From an uncultured Verrucomicrobiota bacterium (lineage in GTDB: Bacteria > Verrucomicrobiota > Kiritimatiellia > CAIVKH01): a stretch of DNA of 64,000 nucleotides. Positions 63,175-64,000 of the stretch are shown in pieces. Position numbers and translations under genes: made by a program. Location of the stretch: positions 2,036 to 66,035 of the forward strand of contig CAZCZZ010000010.1 in NCBI GenBank assembly GCA_964503335.1, read 5' to 3'. A model generated the notes under the pieces. It was given only the letters and a program-made list of their open reading frames with translations, was not told the origin of the DNA and made no database searches. Position 1 is the stretch's first letter. Each line of letters starts with the position of its first letter.

Positions 63175-64000
63175 TCAGCGGAGCGGGATGGGTGCGTTGG
63201 CGTCGTCGGTTGTCTCGACGTCTGGCGCGACCACGGGAGCTGTTTCGACGTTGGTGGATTCCGCGACGGGCTCCTCGACGATGGCTTCGACGGGTGGTGA
63301 TTCCTTGGTGACGATGACGTCGGCGGTGGAATCCTCTTCGACGATGGCCGCTGGCTCCGTGGTTTCTTCCGGCGAGGGAGGCTCTTCCACAATCTCGGGG
63401 ATTGTCGCTTCGACCTGTTCCAGAATGACTTCTTCCTCCGCAGGGGACTGGACAACTTCGGCTGCTTCAGGTTGGACGAGCATTTCGTCGGGCACTGTTT
63501 CGACAACGGGAGGTTCTTCCTCGACGGCGGGCGCCGCTTCTTCCACCGGCGCTGGCGCGGGCTCTTCGACGGGCGGCGGTTCCTCTGCGGGCGCTTCTTC
63601 GACCACGGGGGCTAGTACGGCACGTGGAAGACTGTTCACGGGTTTGTCTTCGTCCGCTGCAGGCTTCTTTGCCTTCTTTGTCTTCTTCGCTTTCTTCACG
63701 GGCTTGGGCTTCTCTACAACCTCAGCCGATTCCACTTCGGGACGCGATTCCTCGACGACCGGAAGGGGTTCGGCTTCGGGTGAACCCTCTTCGGCGACAA
63801 TCGGGGAGGGAGCTGGCTGGGGATTCTTTGCGGCAAGGACGGCGGTGACAAACTCGGAGAAGAGATCAACGGGCGCCAGTTGAAGTTGATCGGCCATCGA
63901 CTGCACGGCAGCGCGTACCACGGTTTCCGACTGGAGTCGATTCGTGCTGCCTTCTTCGAACATCTGCCACAGTTCCAAGCCGCGCCCATGCGCGTAGGCC
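63175..64000 (-). CDS. protein with Pro/Glu/Val-rich acidic low-complexity C-terminal tail (probably 5'-truncated by window edge)
   Basis: The frame stays open to position 64000 (..AYAHGRGLELWQMFEEGSTNRL..). The tail contains repeated PVVEE/EEPP/APAEE units. Confidence 0.5.
   Translation of the reverse strand, partial: AYAHGRGLELWQMFEEGSTNRLQSETVVRAAVQSMADQLQLAPVDLFSEFVTAVLAAKNPQPAPSPIVAEEGSPEAEPLPVVEESRPEVESAEVVEKPKPVKKAKKTKKAKKPAADEDKPVNSLPRAVLAPVVEEAPAEEPPPVEEPAPAPVEEAAPAVEEEPPVVETVPDEMLVQPEAAEVVQSPAEEEVILEQVEATIPEIVEEPPSPEETTEPAAIVEEDSTADVIVTKESPPVEAIVEEPVAESTNVETAPVVAPDVETTDDANAPIPLR

Noticed and set aside
63164-63883. 239-aa Ser/Gly/Thr-rich plus-strand ORF.
   Set aside because: It is the mirror frame of the minus-strand Pro/Glu/Val-rich gene, which connects to a non-repetitive N-terminal region. 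Low-complexity repeats keep both strands open.
1-64000. Search for CRISPR arrays, rRNA, reverse transcriptase/retron or DGR elements, relaxase/T4SS genes, and phage structural genes.
   Set aside because: None seen. There are no regularly spaced direct repeats, no YxDD RT motif in any long ORF, and no relaxase, VirB4/VirD4, capsid, portal or terminase-like motifs.

Overview
High-GC bacterial chromosomal segment. The left flank (1-5.5 kb) is housekeeping: pdxJ (partial), acpS, nnr, a ydaO-type (c-di-AMP) riboswitch in front of a KimA-like APC permease, and a DUF360 membrane protein. Positions 5512-63100 are a ~57.6 kb integrative element inserted in tRNA-Thr(UGU). It is bounded by perfect 49-bp direct repeats (the 3' half of the tRNA) at 5512-5560 and 63052-63100. 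It has a tyrosine integrase at the left end, CGTGGTGCA arm-type repeats near both ends, and a right-hand backbone: tandem XRE regulators, DUF932, a Cas4-like nuclease, a DnaN-like clamp, a 1.3 kb non-coding control region, a wHTH protein, an excisionase-like HTH, a prim-pol-like protein and a RepA/AAA_25 ATPase. The cargo (7-50.6 kb) is a very dense defence island. (i) An ADP-ribosylglycohydrolase plus a PcfJ-like gene. (ii) A translationally coupled 7-gene operon: UvrD-Cas4 helicase-nuclease, Dam-like MTase, HerA, NurA, an unknown protein, a 2xHKD PLD and an SNF2 helicase. It shares parts with DISARM but lacks DrmA/DrmB, and it is my best candidate for an undescribed methylation-associated system. 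(iii) An 11-ORF co-directional array: an unknown 766-aa protein, GmrSD, an OLD nuclease, a beta-class MTase, an SF1 helicase, an MTase C-terminal remnant, a Vsr-like nuclease-RecQ fusion, a membrane-anchored coiled-coil protein, a type III Res fused to an S24/LexA-like peptidase, an SF2 helicase and a coiled-coil protein. (iv) An antisense NERD-helicase with IF2_N-like C-terminal repeats. No rRNA, CRISPR array or reverse transcriptase was seen. All domain calls come from motif reading by eye and need HMM confirmation.
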